IMG/VR virus record: IMGVR_UViG_3300025425_001694
Direction: 5' to 3' (one strand)
Source of the DNA: a virus
Length of the DNA stretch: 64,000 nt
The stretch's first letter is position 1; each line of letters opens with the position of its first letter. A program made the position numbers and the translations under genes. The notes under the pieces are model-generated. The model made no database searches. It was not told the origin of the DNA and was given only the letters and a program-made list of their open reading frames with translations. Positions 36,461 to 46,166 of the stretch are shown piece after piece.

Positions 36461-37741
36461 ATGCTCGAAGGTTCTTTAGCACTAGAATATTCTAAAGCAG
36501 TTAATTACGTTTTAAAACGTGATGGCTCTACTGAAAATTTTAATGTCGAAAAAATCCAAACCGCTGTTTCCAAAGCAATGAAAGCAGTTGGAATTAAAAG
36601 CAAAAATCTTTCAAGCGAGATTGCTTCTAACGTCGTTGTTCATTTAAACACGGATTTTAATGATATTATAGTTGAAGTTGATTCTGTTCATAAAGCAGTA
36701 GAAAATGTAATCATGGATATGGGTCTACACGATCTCGCCCGTGAATATATTTTGTTTCGTTTTAATAATATGCCAAACATTTTTCGTAAGCGTACTAATT
36801 TAAAACCATACGAATATCCACAGTTGGTTGAATACACGGATGCTATTCGTCATTCATATTGGGTACATACTGAGTTTAACTATTCGTCAGACATTCAGGA
36901 TATGAAAGTTCGTATGACTCCTGAAGAAGTTGAAATTGTAAAAAAATCCATGTTAGCGATTTCTCAAATTGAAGTTGCGGTAAAAACCTTTTGGTCGAAA
37001 ATAGGAGACAAGTTTCCAAAGCCGGAAGTTGCTGCGGTTGGAATTACATTTGGAGAATCAGAAGTACGCCATGCTGACGCATATTCAAATCTTATTGAAA
37101 TTATGGGTCTTAACGAAGAGTTTGAAACAGTTGTAGAAGTACCAGCAATGAAGAAACGCATTGCATACCTCGAACAGTCTATCGGTACTCCTACTGACGA
37201 TAAAGATTACTTCCATAAAATTATACTATTTTCTATGTTTGTAGAAAACGTATCTTTGTTTTCGCAATTTCTTATTATGATGGCGTTTAATAAACACAAG
37301 AATGTTCTTAAAGGTATTTCAAATGCGGTTGAAGCAACGTCAAAAGAAGAAGATATTCATGCTCGCTTTGGTTTTGAATTAGTAAACATTATTCGTGAAG
37401 AAAACCCAGAATGGTTTAACAAAGAAAGTGTCGTAGAAGTTAATCGTTTGTGCCGAGATGCGTTTAAAGCAGAGTCCGCGATTGTTGACTGGATTTATGG
37501 TAATAGCGATTTAGATTTCCTTCCAAAGGATACTGTAAAAGAATTCTTAAAACATCGCTTCAATCAATCTCTTATTGCAATAAAATTGAAACCTCTTTAT
37601 GAAGTTGATGAAGAAAAAGTACGTTCAACAAATTGGTTTGCAGAAGAAATTCTAAGTACAAAAAATGTAGACTTTTTTGTAAAACGTAGCACTGCATATT
37701 CTAAAAAAACAAAAGCTTTCACAGAGGATGACCTTTTTTAA
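36461..37741 (+). CDS. nrdB: Class I ribonucleotide reductase beta subunit with N-terminal ATP-cone
   Basis: VLKRDG..ATP-cone; ESEVRHADAY, ENVSLFSQF, EEDIH, DFFVKRSTAY. Confidence 0.93.
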   Translation: MLEGSLALEYSKAVNYVLKRDGSTENFNVEKIQTAVSKAMKAVGIKSKNLSSEIASNVVVHLNTDFNDIIVEVDSVHKAVENVIMDMGLHDLAREYILFRFNNMPNIFRKRTNLKPYEYPQLVEYTDAIRHSYWVHTEFNYSSDIQDMKVRMTPEEVEIVKKSMLAISQIEVAVKTFWSKIGDKFPKPEVAAVGITFGESEVRHADAYSNLIEIMGLNEEFETVVEVPAMKKRIAYLEQSIGTPTDDKDYFHKIILFSMFVENVSLFSQFLIMMAFNKHKNVLKGISNAVEATSKEEDIHARFGFELVNIIREENPEWFNKESVVEVNRLCRDAFKAESAIVDWIYGNSDLDFLPKDTVKEFLKHRFNQSLIAIKLKPLYEVDEEKVRSTNWFAEEILSTKNVDFFVKRSTAYSKKTKAFTEDDLF

Positions 37742-37792
37742 AAAATTAAAAATTATGATATCAAACAAAATTAGTATACTCAAGAGGAAAAC

Positions 37793-39448
37793 ATGGAAAA
37801 ATTTTATTGGCTAAACGAAGACTCGCGTACATTTTTATCACGTGGATATTTAAGTGAAGGTGAAACACCAGAAGGTCGTATTCGTAATATTGCAGACGGC
37901 GCTGAAAGAAGATTGGGTATTAAAGGATTTGCCGATAAATTCTATGATTATATGAGCCGTGGTTATTATTCTCTTGCATCCCCGGTATGGGCAAACTACA
38001 ACAAAGATCGCGGGCTACCAGTTTCTTGCTTTGGTTCTTTCATTGACGACAGCATGGAATCTATTCTGTGTGGCCATGCTGAAAATGGAATGCTTATGAA
38101 AAATGGTGGAGGTACATCTGGATATTTTGGTGCAATCCGTGGAAGAGGAGCTGAAATTAAAGATTCTGGCGAGTCTTCAGGATCTGTTCACTTTATGCAA
38201 ATGTATGATACTCTAGCTTCTGTAGTTTCTCAGGGTTCTGTGCGACGTGGTTTCTTTGCTGCGTACACAGATATTGAACATCCAGATGCTAGAGAATTTT
38301 TAGACATTGGTACTGAAGGCAATCCAATCCAAGGTTTAACAACTGGTATTACTGTTTCTGATAAATTTATTAAAGAAATGAAAGCAGGTGACGGTGATAA
38401 ACGTTCTCTCTGGGCAAAGGTATTACAACGCCGTTCTGAAATTGGATTTCCGTATATTTTATTTTCTGACAACGTAAACAATAACAAACCTCAAGTTTAT
38501 AAAGACTTTAAAATGAGAATACACGCGTCAAACATGTGTGCGGAAATTGCGTTACCATCTTCTGCAGAAGAAACCTTTACGTGTGTTTTGTCGTCCATCA
38601 ATATTTTGCATTGGGACGAAATCATTAAAACAGATGCGATCGAAGTAATGACTATGTTTCTTGATACAGTATGCCAAGAATTTATTGATAAAACCGAAGG
38701 TCAAATTTACATGAAAAGAGCTCGTGATTTTGCGATTAATCACAGAGCTCTTGGAGTTGGTATTCTTGGGTGGCATTCATACTTGCAATCAAATATGATT
38801 TCGTTTGAATCAAAAGAAGCGGCTCAGAAAAATCTTGAAGTCGCAAAAACACTTAGAGAAAGAACACACGCTGCGTCTAAAGAATTGGCCGAAAAACTTG
38901 GAGAAGCTCCATTACTAAAAGGCTATGGAATGCGCAATACAACTACTATGGCTATTGCGCCAACAAAATCAAGTAGCTTTATTCTTGGTCAAGTATCGCA
39001 ATCAATTGAACCAGAATTCTCTAACGCGTATGTAAAGGATTTGGCAAAAATCAAAGTTACTATTAAAAATCCGTATCTTACTAAATTGCTTCAAGAAAAA
39101 AACGAAGACAGTCTTCAAACATGGGATTCAATTAAAAATAGAGATGGTTCTGTTCAGCATCTTGAGTGTCTTACACAAGACGAAAAAGAAGTGTTTAAAA
39201 CTTTCTCTGAAATTAACCCATATGCAATAGTAGACCAAGCAGGAATACGCCAGCAATACATCGACCAAGGACAGAGTTTAAACTTGATGTTAGATCCAGA
39301 TATGACTGTTAAAGAAATTAACCAATTGTATTTGTATGCTCACACCGCGGGTGTTAAGAGTCTTTATTATAGCTATTCCATGTCTGCGGCGCAATCACTA
39401 ACTCGTAAACGTGTTATGTCTGATGATTGTGCAGCTTGCGAAGCATAA
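37793..39448 (+). CDS. nrdA: Class I ribonucleotide reductase alpha subunit (no ATP-cone)
   Basis: PVSCF, GGGT, SNMCAEI, AIAPT, DQGQSLN, KSLYY, C-terminal CAACEA. Confidence 0.95.
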   Translation: MEKFYWLNEDSRTFLSRGYLSEGETPEGRIRNIADGAERRLGIKGFADKFYDYMSRGYYSLASPVWANYNKDRGLPVSCFGSFIDDSMESILCGHAENGMLMKNGGGTSGYFGAIRGRGAEIKDSGESSGSVHFMQMYDTLASVVSQGSVRRGFFAAYTDIEHPDAREFLDIGTEGNPIQGLTTGITVSDKFIKEMKAGDGDKRSLWAKVLQRRSEIGFPYILFSDNVNNNKPQVYKDFKMRIHASNMCAEIALPSSAEETFTCVLSSINILHWDEIIKTDAIEVMTMFLDTVCQEFIDKTEGQIYMKRARDFAINHRALGVGILGWHSYLQSNMISFESKEAAQKNLEVAKTLRERTHAASKELAEKLGEAPLLKGYGMRNTTTMAIAPTKSSSFILGQVSQSIEPEFSNAYVKDLAKIKVTIKNPYLTKLLQEKNEDSLQTWDSIKNRDGSVQHLECLTQDEKEVFKTFSEINPYAIVDQAGIRQQYIDQGQSLNLMLDPDMTVKEINQLYLYAHTAGVKSLYYSYSMSAAQSLTRKRVMSDDCAACEA

Positions 39449-39462
39449 ACTAAAATAAACTA

Positions 39463-39491
39463 TTGACATTGTAATAGAATCAGTATATAAA
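39463..39491 (+). promoter_or_regulatory. Early promoter with GANTC in spacer
   Basis: TTGACATT..TAGAATCAG..TATAAA. Confidence 0.7.
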
Positions 39492-39520
39492 TTATTAACA
39501 GTGAAAAAAAGGTTCGAGCA

Positions 39521-40009
39521 ATGAAAAAGACACTAATTAGCATGGCAATCGTATTTACATCAGCCGTATCAGCGGCAGCAGATTGCAATAAAGAAGATCA
39601 GATCCACGCGCTAGCAATGAACATGTATCACGAGGCGCGTGGGGAAGGATCCGAAGCAATGCAGCTAGTCGGAGAAGTAACTCTAAATAGAACTAAAAGT
39701 AAACATTTTCCAAATAATATTTGTAAGGTTGTTTACCAAGCAAGGTTTGATTCTAAAGGAAATCCTCGGCGACATAAATGCCAATTTTCATGGTATTGCG
39801 ATGGTCTTTCAGATAAACCTTATAACGCAAAATCGTGGAAACAAGCTGAGGCCATCGCAACCGGCCTCGTGAATAAAACTATTTCTTTAATTGGAATTCA
39901 AGCTACTCACTACCACACAAAAAGTGTAAACCCGTATTGGGCAAAGAAATATACTAAGCTCGGCATGCACGGTACTCATGTATTTTATCATATGGGAAAT
40001 AAGCTGTGA
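39521..40009 (+). CDS. Cell-wall hydrolase (SleB/Hydrolase_2)
   Basis: Signal peptide, YHEARGE, CKVVYQ, CQFSWYC, ATHYH, HVFY. Confidence 0.9.
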   Translation: MKKTLISMAIVFTSAVSAAADCNKEDQIHALAMNMYHEARGEGSEAMQLVGEVTLNRTKSKHFPNNICKVVYQARFDSKGNPRRHKCQFSWYCDGLSDKPYNAKSWKQAEAIATGLVNKTISLIGIQATHYHTKSVNPYWAKKYTKLGMHGTHVFYHMGNKL

Positions 40010-40191
40010 TAAGATGGTATGATTGGGTGCTAGCATTTGTAGTAGCAGATTTGTTTATAGCGAATATTGCCATGTTATTCAAATCCACGAACATTCTTGT
40101 AACTGCAATAGCATTCTTTTCGTGTTATACTCTGTTACATTTGTGGAATAAATATTATTGTAAATTTAGGTTAAAGTTGGAAAATAATTAA
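40006..40191 (+). CDS. Small two-TM membrane protein
   Basis: Hydrophobic ORF, GTGA overlap. Confidence 0.5.
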   Translation: MIRWYDWVLAFVVADLFIANIAMLFKSTNILVTAIAFFSCYTLLHLWNKYYCKFRLKLENN

Positions 40192-40210
40192 AGTAGGAGT
40201 TATATTTAAA

Positions 40211-40435
40211 ATGTTACACACTATTGAATCTCTCATAGAACGCATTAATGTAATGAAAGACAAAGCAATTCAATTGCATCGCATACGAAATCAATATAGT
40301 GAATTAAGCGGAAAAGAATACGACAAAAAACAAGCACAGTTGTTGTTAGATGATATACAAGCTATGGCGCTATCAATTGCAAAAGATCGTCAAGGTAATG
40401 AAATACTAACTGATATGGATGAATGGAAAAAATGA
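40211..40435 (+). CDS. Hypothetical protein
   Basis: AGGAG RBS, helical ORF. Confidence 0.55.
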   Translation: MLHTIESLIERINVMKDKAIQLHRIRNQYSELSGKEYDKKQAQLLLDDIQAMALSIAKDRQGNEILTDMDEWKK

Positions 40436-40770
40436 AATATGTAATTGATATTGACGGTACTATTTGTACTGAAGTAATACTTCCTGGAACTGGCGGAAAG
40501 AAAGACTACGCTAAACATATTCCAATGGTGGATCGTATTGCAAAAGTAAATGCACTGTATGATGCAGGACATACTATTAAATATATGACAGCACGTGGGT
40601 GCGTAAGTAAAATTGATTATTATGATCTAACTAAAGAACAACTAATAAACTGGGGTGCAAAGCATCACGAACTAAGTGTAGGCGAAAAAGAAAACTACGA
40701 TATTTGGATTGACGATAAAGCTTTTTGGAGTGAAAACTTCTTCCGTAGAACAGGCGAAAGCTATGAATAA
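40432..40770 (+). CDS. Small HAD-family phosphatase
   Basis: DIDGT, TARG, DIWIDDK. Confidence 0.8.
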   Translation: MKYVIDIDGTICTEVILPGTGGKKDYAKHIPMVDRIAKVNALYDAGHTIKYMTARGCVSKIDYYDLTKEQLINWGAKHHELSVGEKENYDIWIDDKAFWSENFFRRTGESYE

Positions 40771-40921
40771 AAAAACCTGTGATGCATTTTTTTGTATTAA
40801 CCAAACTCCAAAGAAATATCGTTACTGTCATGATTGCGCTAAACGCAAAGGATTAGCCGGTGGCACTAATTGGTTTGGCTGGGTTGTATTCTTTATAATT
40901 ATAATAGTACTTTTCGGATGA
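40763..40921 (+). CDS. Small Cys-rich membrane protein
   Basis: CxxxxC...CxxC then TM. Confidence 0.45.
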   Translation: MNKKTCDAFFCINQTPKKYRYCHDCAKRKGLAGGTNWFGWVVFFIIIIVLFG

Positions 40922-41421
40922 GTAAAATTAATAAATTTAAAAGTAAAATTGATAATTTTTTTGGGTGGGTTAAAGTCACTGAGTTGGTTGAGCTTGAAAA
41001 CATTGATGTTAGCGAAGATCCAGTGCGCCCAGAACTTGATGTAGAATGGCGTACAAGCTACGGCCGCAAAATATATGGTTTAAAATATAACGAAGAAATT
41101 GAAGGTATCATTTGCATTGCATATACCAATGATGTACCCTCAAGTGTAAAAGAATTAGACCTAATGAGTCAAAATGCTTACTTACAGAATAATAGCGATA
41201 CTGCAGTTGCTTACACTGTGTGGAGCCGTAAACGTGGCGCTGGTAAAGAAATTATCGGAAAGGTAGGCGAATTAATGAAAGATGTGCCTGAGATTAAAAC
41301 ATTAGTAACTTTAAGTCCTCTAACACCAATGGCAACACATTTTCATATTCGTAATGGTGCAAAGCAGATTGCTATTAACAGCACTACACAAAATTTTAAG
41401 TATGATTTAACAAAAGGATAA
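40918..41421 (+). CDS. Hypothetical protein (GNAT-like motif)
   Basis: EDPVRP, YTVWS..RGAG, TLSP.T.MA..FH..NGA. Confidence 0.55.
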   Translation: MSKINKFKSKIDNFFGWVKVTELVELENIDVSEDPVRPELDVEWRTSYGRKIYGLKYNEEIEGIICIAYTNDVPSSVKELDLMSQNAYLQNNSDTAVAYTVWSRKRGAGKEIIGKVGELMKDVPEIKTLVTLSPLTPMATHFHIRNGAKQIAINSTTQNFKYDLTKG

Positions 41422-41424
41422 CAC

Positions 41425-41604
41425 ATGATTGACAAATATTTTTTAAGTATAACGATAGTGTTAATATTAATAGGCTGTGTCTTACTAGGAACAATATTAA
41501 TTAATATTGGTGATAATATTGATAATATTAATCTAAAGCTACAAGAATCTGGGCGCATGCTAGATGCAATGTCGAATAAGCTAGAGGATATGCCAGATGG
41601 GTAG
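41425..41604 (+). CDS. Small membrane protein (not in ORF track)
   Basis: AAGGA RBS; MIDKYFLSITIVLILIGCVLLG... Confidence 0.5.
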   Translation: MIDKYFLSITIVLILIGCVLLGTILINIGDNIDNINLKLQESGRMLDAMSNKLEDMPDG

Positions 41605-42418
41605 ATTTATAGCTGCGATGGATCACAGCGGTGGTTCAACCGGTGCCGTGTTAAAACGATACGGGCAAGAATATACTGAAGAAGATAAAATGGAAAAAGT
41701 TCATGCTATGCGATTGCGCATGGTGAACTCGCCAGACTTTAACGATGAAAACATCTGGGGAGCAATCCTTTATCAAGACACGGTCACGCGTGGAATGGTT
41801 AACATCTTGGATGAAATAGGTATTGAAACATTCCTAAAAATTGATAGTGGCTGTCTTAGTAATGGTATGATGAGACAATTTCCAGTAAAGCAAATGCTAG
41901 AGTTTGCTACATCTGCCGATGAAAATAGTGCAAGCATTGGTCCTAAAATTTATGGGACGAAGATGCGCAGTATCATACACAATCCATTTATGATTGATCC
42001 TGTGCTCAAACAACAGTTTACACTTGCCCGTACTATTAGCGAATACGGACTCGTTCCAATTATCGAACCTGAAGTTCCTATTAACCATCCCGATAAAGAA
42101 GCAATTGAAGATACATTAATGTGTCTCTTGGAAGTTTATCTACACAGCAAAGACTTTCCTGTTATTCTTAAACTAACACCGCCCGAAGTACCTAACTTAT
42201 ACCACAACTTAACAGTTAAACATAACGTAGAACGTGTAGTATTTTTGAGTGGTGGATATAGTACAAACGAAGCATGCAATAGACTTGGCCTCAATGAAAA
42301 CGTAAGCGCCAGTTTTAGTAGAGCGTTATCGCAAGACTTGATTTATGACATGGGAGATACCCAGTTTAATACTATCATGTCTAGAAATATTAAATTAATA
42401 ACCGATGCATGCGGATAA
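41597..42418 (+). CDS. Class I fructose-1,6-bisphosphate aldolase
   Basis: FIAAMDHSGGST, FLKIDSG, GTKMRS, PIIEPEV, ILKLT, LSGGY, ASFSRAL. Confidence 0.9.
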   Translation: MGRFIAAMDHSGGSTGAVLKRYGQEYTEEDKMEKVHAMRLRMVNSPDFNDENIWGAILYQDTVTRGMVNILDEIGIETFLKIDSGCLSNGMMRQFPVKQMLEFATSADENSASIGPKIYGTKMRSIIHNPFMIDPVLKQQFTLARTISEYGLVPIIEPEVPINHPDKEAIEDTLMCLLEVYLHSKDFPVILKLTPPEVPNLYHNLTVKHNVERVVFLSGGYSTNEACNRLGLNENVSASFSRALSQDLIYDMGDTQFNTIMSRNIKLITDACG

Positions 42419-42473
42419 AAATAAAATGAATCAATTAGAACACGCATTTTTTAACCATAAAAAGGACAACAAC

Positions 42474-42893
42474 ATGACCAAAATTAAAAAAGCTTTTTGG
42501 CTGATACTTGGATTTCTTAGTCTCGGCATGGCCTACATAGGAGTCATTGTTCCTGGAATTCCGTTTTCAATCTTCTTAGTATTCGCGGCATACTGCTTTG
42601 CTAAAAGTTCTAAAAAAATGCACGATTGGATTTACAACCACAAATACTTTGGACCATTCCTAACGAATTGGACACAAAAGAGTGTATTCCCTACTAAGGG
42701 TAAATATGCAATGATTTTAGTTATGAGCAGTTCACTTGCTTTTTTGTATTTCAGTACAGGAAATATCAAGGCAACACTATGGAGTGGAAGCTTCATGGCA
42801 CTAGTTGCAATTTGGGCTTGGAGATATCCAGGCTCAGTTAATGAATGGGAAACTCGGCAAGACGCAGGGAAAAAAATTGGCTGGTTAAAATGA
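42474..42893 (+). CDS. YbaN/DUF454 inner-membrane protein
   Basis: IGVIVPGIP...AAYCFAKSS..MHDWIYNH..FGPFL.NW. Confidence 0.85.
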   Translation: MTKIKKAFWLILGFLSLGMAYIGVIVPGIPFSIFLVFAAYCFAKSSKKMHDWIYNHKYFGPFLTNWTQKSVFPTKGKYAMILVMSSSLAFLYFSTGNIKATLWSGSFMALVAIWAWRYPGSVNEWETRQDAGKKIGWLK

Positions 42894-42911
42894 TTTAATT
42901 TCATTTTTTAG

Positions 42912-42940
42912 TTGACATTCCTGTTAGAATCAGTTATATT
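42912..42940 (+). promoter_or_regulatory. Early promoter with GANTC in spacer
   Basis: TTGACATT..TAGAATCAG.TATATT, 17-nt spacer. Confidence 0.8.
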
Positions 42941-42974
42941 GTATATATAAGGTAACAAAAAAGGAATCACTACA

Positions 42975-43346
42975 ATGACAAAATTCGCAGTATATCAAAT
43001 TCAACTTACTTCAGCTCAATGCGACGCGGTTAACAACAACGAGATTGTTCCAGCATTCGAAGCTCGTAACAAAATGATGATGGACTTCAGCGGAGATCGT
43101 ATTGGTGGTTTGGCTTCTAACGCTTTCGAAGCTGGTCTATATACTCACGTAGCTAACATCACAGCTAAAGATTACAATGATTGTTTCGAAGTTGGTAACA
43201 TCGGTCCCGAGTCAAGCATCGAACGTTTGTCTCGTATGTCTTCACTTTCAGTTGGCGATGTTATCGTCCACGAAGATGGTACAGTAGCAGTTATTGCTCC
43301 AGTTGGTTTTGTAGCCTTTTCACATAATATAAAGGTAGCAGCATAA
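42975..43346 (+). CDS. Early hypothetical protein (YodL-like SLSVGDV motif)
   Basis: VYQI ... SSLSVGDVI. Confidence 0.6.
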   Translation: MTKFAVYQIQLTSAQCDAVNNNEIVPAFEARNKMMMDFSGDRIGGLASNAFEAGLYTHVANITAKDYNDCFEVGNIGPESSIERLSRMSSLSVGDVIVHEDGTVAVIAPVGFVAFSHNIKVAA

Positions 43347-43394
43347 TGGGAGCTTTTGTTGGATGTTTAGTTTTTATCGTATTCTTAATTATTG

Positions 43395-43925
43395 CTACTG
43401 TAATTTACGAGAAATTTTATGATTAACTAATCCTGGCCATCTTCGAATAGAAATGGCGATTTTTGCTTCATATGGCAAGTAACTTACCTTATCGTTTTGA
43501 TTACCTCCTAAAATGATATAATATTCTGTTCCATTACTCGTGTAAGAACTTATATAAAAACCTACATGCCCCTTCCAATTAGAACCACCCCGAGGAAATA
43601 CTATTATATCACCATATTCTGGAGACTTTACTTCGTCTCCCCATTCTAGAAAGCTACGTGCCATCAAAGGATGATCGTGAAATTTGCCAGATCCTGGGAT
43701 GTTTACAGAATCAAGAATAGAATTAACAAACGCTGCACACCATTCAGTACGTACAGGATCTACTTCCATAAATGATTTTAACGCGGCCCTGTGATTGCTC
43801 TCGTCCATGCCAACGTATGCATCTGCGCTATTAATTAACATGACAGCTCTAGTTTCTTTTTCAATGTTTTCTAAATTAGCACAAGAAATTAAAAAAGTTG
43901 AGATAAATAAAATTAACAATTTCAT
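43395..43925 (-). CDS. TIGR02594-like NlpC/P60 (CHAP) peptidoglycan peptidase, lipoprotein
   Basis: Lipobox LISC; WCAAFV, ARSFL.WG, GDI.VF.R, GHVGF, LGGNQ. Confidence 0.85.
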   Translation of the reverse strand: MKLLILFISTFLISCANLENIEKETRAVMLINSADAYVGMDESNHRAALKSFMEVDPVRTEWCAAFVNSILDSVNIPGSGKFHDHPLMARSFLEWGDEVKSPEYGDIIVFPRGGSNWKGHVGFYISSYTSNGTEYYIILGGNQNDKVSYLPYEAKIAISIRRWPGLVNHKISRKLQ

Positions 43926-43944
43926 ATATTAAAAAGGTACCTTT

Positions 43945-44166
43945 ATGTATAATGCCATGATTCTTATGTGTCTTTACGGCGAAGCTGTTGACATTAACAA
44001 CTGCACTGTCATATATAATCAATTTATATACAAAACAGAAATTGAATGCATAGATTCTATTGCAGGGTTTTTAAATGATGAAATGTTTTCTATAGTATAT
44101 AAAGACTATAAACTAGAAAAAATTGAGTGTTACGAATGGTTCAATAGTGCTGAAAGTAAAACATAA
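43945..44166 (+). CDS. Hypothetical protein
   Basis: AAGG RBS; 4 Cys. Confidence 0.5.
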   Translation: MYNAMILMCLYGEAVDINNCTVIYNQFIYKTEIECIDSIAGFLNDEMFSIVYKDYKLEKIECYEWFNSAESKT

Positions 44167-44188
44167 TATTACTTTTTCTATTTATCTA

Positions 44189-44217
44189 TTTACAAACAAC
44201 ACAATGTGTAATATAAT
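44189..44217 (+). promoter_or_regulatory. Sigma70-type promoter
   Basis: TTTACA-17-TATAAT. Confidence 0.7.
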
Positions 44218-44223
44218 AAACGT

Positions 44224-44535
44224 ATGTTAGAAAATTTTATAAAAAAAGACGATACCGATTCTGCAAAATGGGGTTCTCCTATTGAAGTAGAGATTCGCAA
44301 TCGAATTAAATTGTCAGTTGCTGCATACGCATACGAATATGAAAACGATTCGATAATGTCTGACGCTGAATATGATAAAAAATCGTTAGAAATAAAACCA
44401 AAGTTAAAGACAGGCTACTCCAGGATAGACGCGTTTTTTAAAAATAACTTCGATGCAGACACTGGTGTATGGATAAGAAAACATCCAGATCTGCTAAGAA
44501 TTAAAAATATATATAATGATTATTATAAGAGGTAA
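44224..44535 (+). CDS. Stand-alone LigA N-terminal (Ia)-like domain protein
   Basis: AAYAYEYENDSIMSDAEYD resembles Y-Y...P..SD.EYD of NAD-ligase domain Ia. Confidence 0.55.
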   Translation: MLENFIKKDDTDSAKWGSPIEVEIRNRIKLSVAAYAYEYENDSIMSDAEYDKKSLEIKPKLKTGYSRIDAFFKNNFDADTGVWIRKHPDLLRIKNIYNDYYKR

Positions 44536-44537
44536 AT

Positions 44538-45638
44538 ATGTGGTCATCGCAACAAGAAAAAGCACTTAAAGCTGTTGATAAATGGTTTTTTACAGAGTCA
44601 AAAAAGAAACAGATTTTTCGTATTTTTGGTTACGCAGGTACTGGAAAAACCACCCTTGCCACACACTTTGCACAAAACATCGATGGGTTAGTTATCTTTG
44701 CAGCATTCACTGGAAAGGCTGCTCTTGTAATGAAAAAAAGAGGCTGTGAAGGTGCTAGAACTATTCACAGCCTAATTTATATTGCAGGGCAAAACAAAAA
44801 GACTGGCGAAATTACTTGGAGAATGAATAAAGATAGTTCTCTTAAAGACGCGTCTCTTCTTATTATTGACGAATGTTCTATGGTAGATAAAGATTTAGCA
44901 GAAGATCTTCTATCGTTTGGTATACCTATTCTAGTTCTTGGAGATCCAGCCCAGCTTCCACCAGTTTCAGGCGCTGGATACTTTACTGACGCAAAGCCAG
45001 ATATCATGTTAACTGAAATACATCGTCAGGCTAAAGATAATCCTATTGTCTATCTTGCGTCTAAAATCCGCGAAGGTGTATATCCTGAACATGGGACGTA
45101 TGGCGAATCACGAATAGTTTCAAAGATCGCATCAACCGACGCACTAAATTCTAGTCAAATTTTGGTAGGTCGAAACGCAACTCGTGATAATATGAATATA
45201 AAAATGCGCAAGCTTTTAAAAATGAACGGCGAATATCCAATTCAAAAAGAAAAGCTTATATGCCTTAGTAATGACAAAGACTTAGGAATATTTAACGGCG
45301 GCATATTTAGCGTTGATAGAGTAATTGATACAAGACAAAAAAGTAATTTTTTACATATGAGTTTGTATCCAGAAGATGATGATGAAGGTATGCCGGTATT
45401 AGTAAAAGTTCACAAGAGCCAGTTCAGTGGAGAAGTATCAGCTCCAAACTGGAAGTTGTTAAAAGGAAGTCAACAATTTGATTTTGGCTACGCAATTACG
45501 TGTCATAAATCACAAGGATCACAATGGGATAACGTATTAATATACGATGAGTCTTGGTGCTTCCGTGACGATTGGCAACGTTGGCTGTATACTGCAATTA
45601 CCCGCGCGTCTGAAAAGGTAACGTTAGTTAAAAATTAA
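44538..45638 (+). CDS. SF1B helicase (Dda/RecD-like)
   Basis: GYAGTGKT, TIHS, IIDECSM, GDPAQLPPV, YAITCHKSQGS, YTAITRA. Confidence 0.92.
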   Translation: MWSSQQEKALKAVDKWFFTESKKKQIFRIFGYAGTGKTTLATHFAQNIDGLVIFAAFTGKAALVMKKRGCEGARTIHSLIYIAGQNKKTGEITWRMNKDSSLKDASLLIIDECSMVDKDLAEDLLSFGIPILVLGDPAQLPPVSGAGYFTDAKPDIMLTEIHRQAKDNPIVYLASKIREGVYPEHGTYGESRIVSKIASTDALNSSQILVGRNATRDNMNIKMRKLLKMNGEYPIQKEKLICLSNDKDLGIFNGGIFSVDRVIDTRQKSNFLHMSLYPEDDDEGMPVLVKVHKSQFSGEVSAPNWKLLKGSQQFDFGYAITCHKSQGSQWDNVLIYDESWCFRDDWQRWLYTAITRASEKVTLVKN

Positions 45639-45662
45639 CAAATCTTATGATGTATTTTTTAG

Positions 45663-45691
45663 TTGACAAATTTTAAAAAATGTGTTATTAT
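45663..45691 (+). promoter_or_regulatory. Sigma70-type promoter
   Basis: TTGACA-17-TATTAT. Confidence 0.7.
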
Positions 45692-45719
45692 TATATAGAA
45701 CGTAAGGAGAATAACTACA

Positions 45720-46166
45720 ATGGCCATGCACAAAACGAAAATTAATCATTCTCCAATCTTAGATACAGAACGAGTGTGTGAGCTATATTCTAAAAAGGAT
45801 GGTGTTCCTGTAAAATATGTCTGCACTAGTGCTGCAAATCATGGCACAGTTGCGATGGACATTTTTTATCGTCCTACACCGCATCCTGAGTTTGGCAATC
45901 ATTACTTTGGACTTTATAAAGCTACTGGATACGGTGCTGCTTTGGAGCCGCATGTCATGATCACTAACGCTGATAAGATTGAAGGTCTTGAGTTTGGTAT
46001 GATTGAAGGACCGGATGGTTGGGAATACAGCCAGCATCGACATGACTATCGTACTGTAGGTGATTGTGCTATTGATGGTGGCCGAGCATATGTTAAACGA
46101 GTTGGTGACGTGAGTGGGCCTTGTAAATATATGACAGTAAAAGACGGCGAATTTGTATTAGATTAA
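45720..46166 (+). CDS. Phage hypothetical protein
   Basis: YS.HRHDY ... IDGGR.Y motif; AAGGAG RBS. Confidence 0.65.
   Translation: MAMHKTKINHSPILDTERVCELYSKKDGVPVKYVCTSAANHGTVAMDIFYRPTPHPEFGNHYFGLYKATGYGAALEPHVMITNADKIEGLEFGMIEGPDGWEYSQHRHDYRTVGDCAIDGGRAYVKRVGDVSGPCKYMTVKDGEFVLD

Noticed and set aside
43988-44019. TTGACA...TATAAT inside ORF 43945
   Set aside because: The spacer is 20 nt and the site is intragenic; probably chance in AT-rich DNA.
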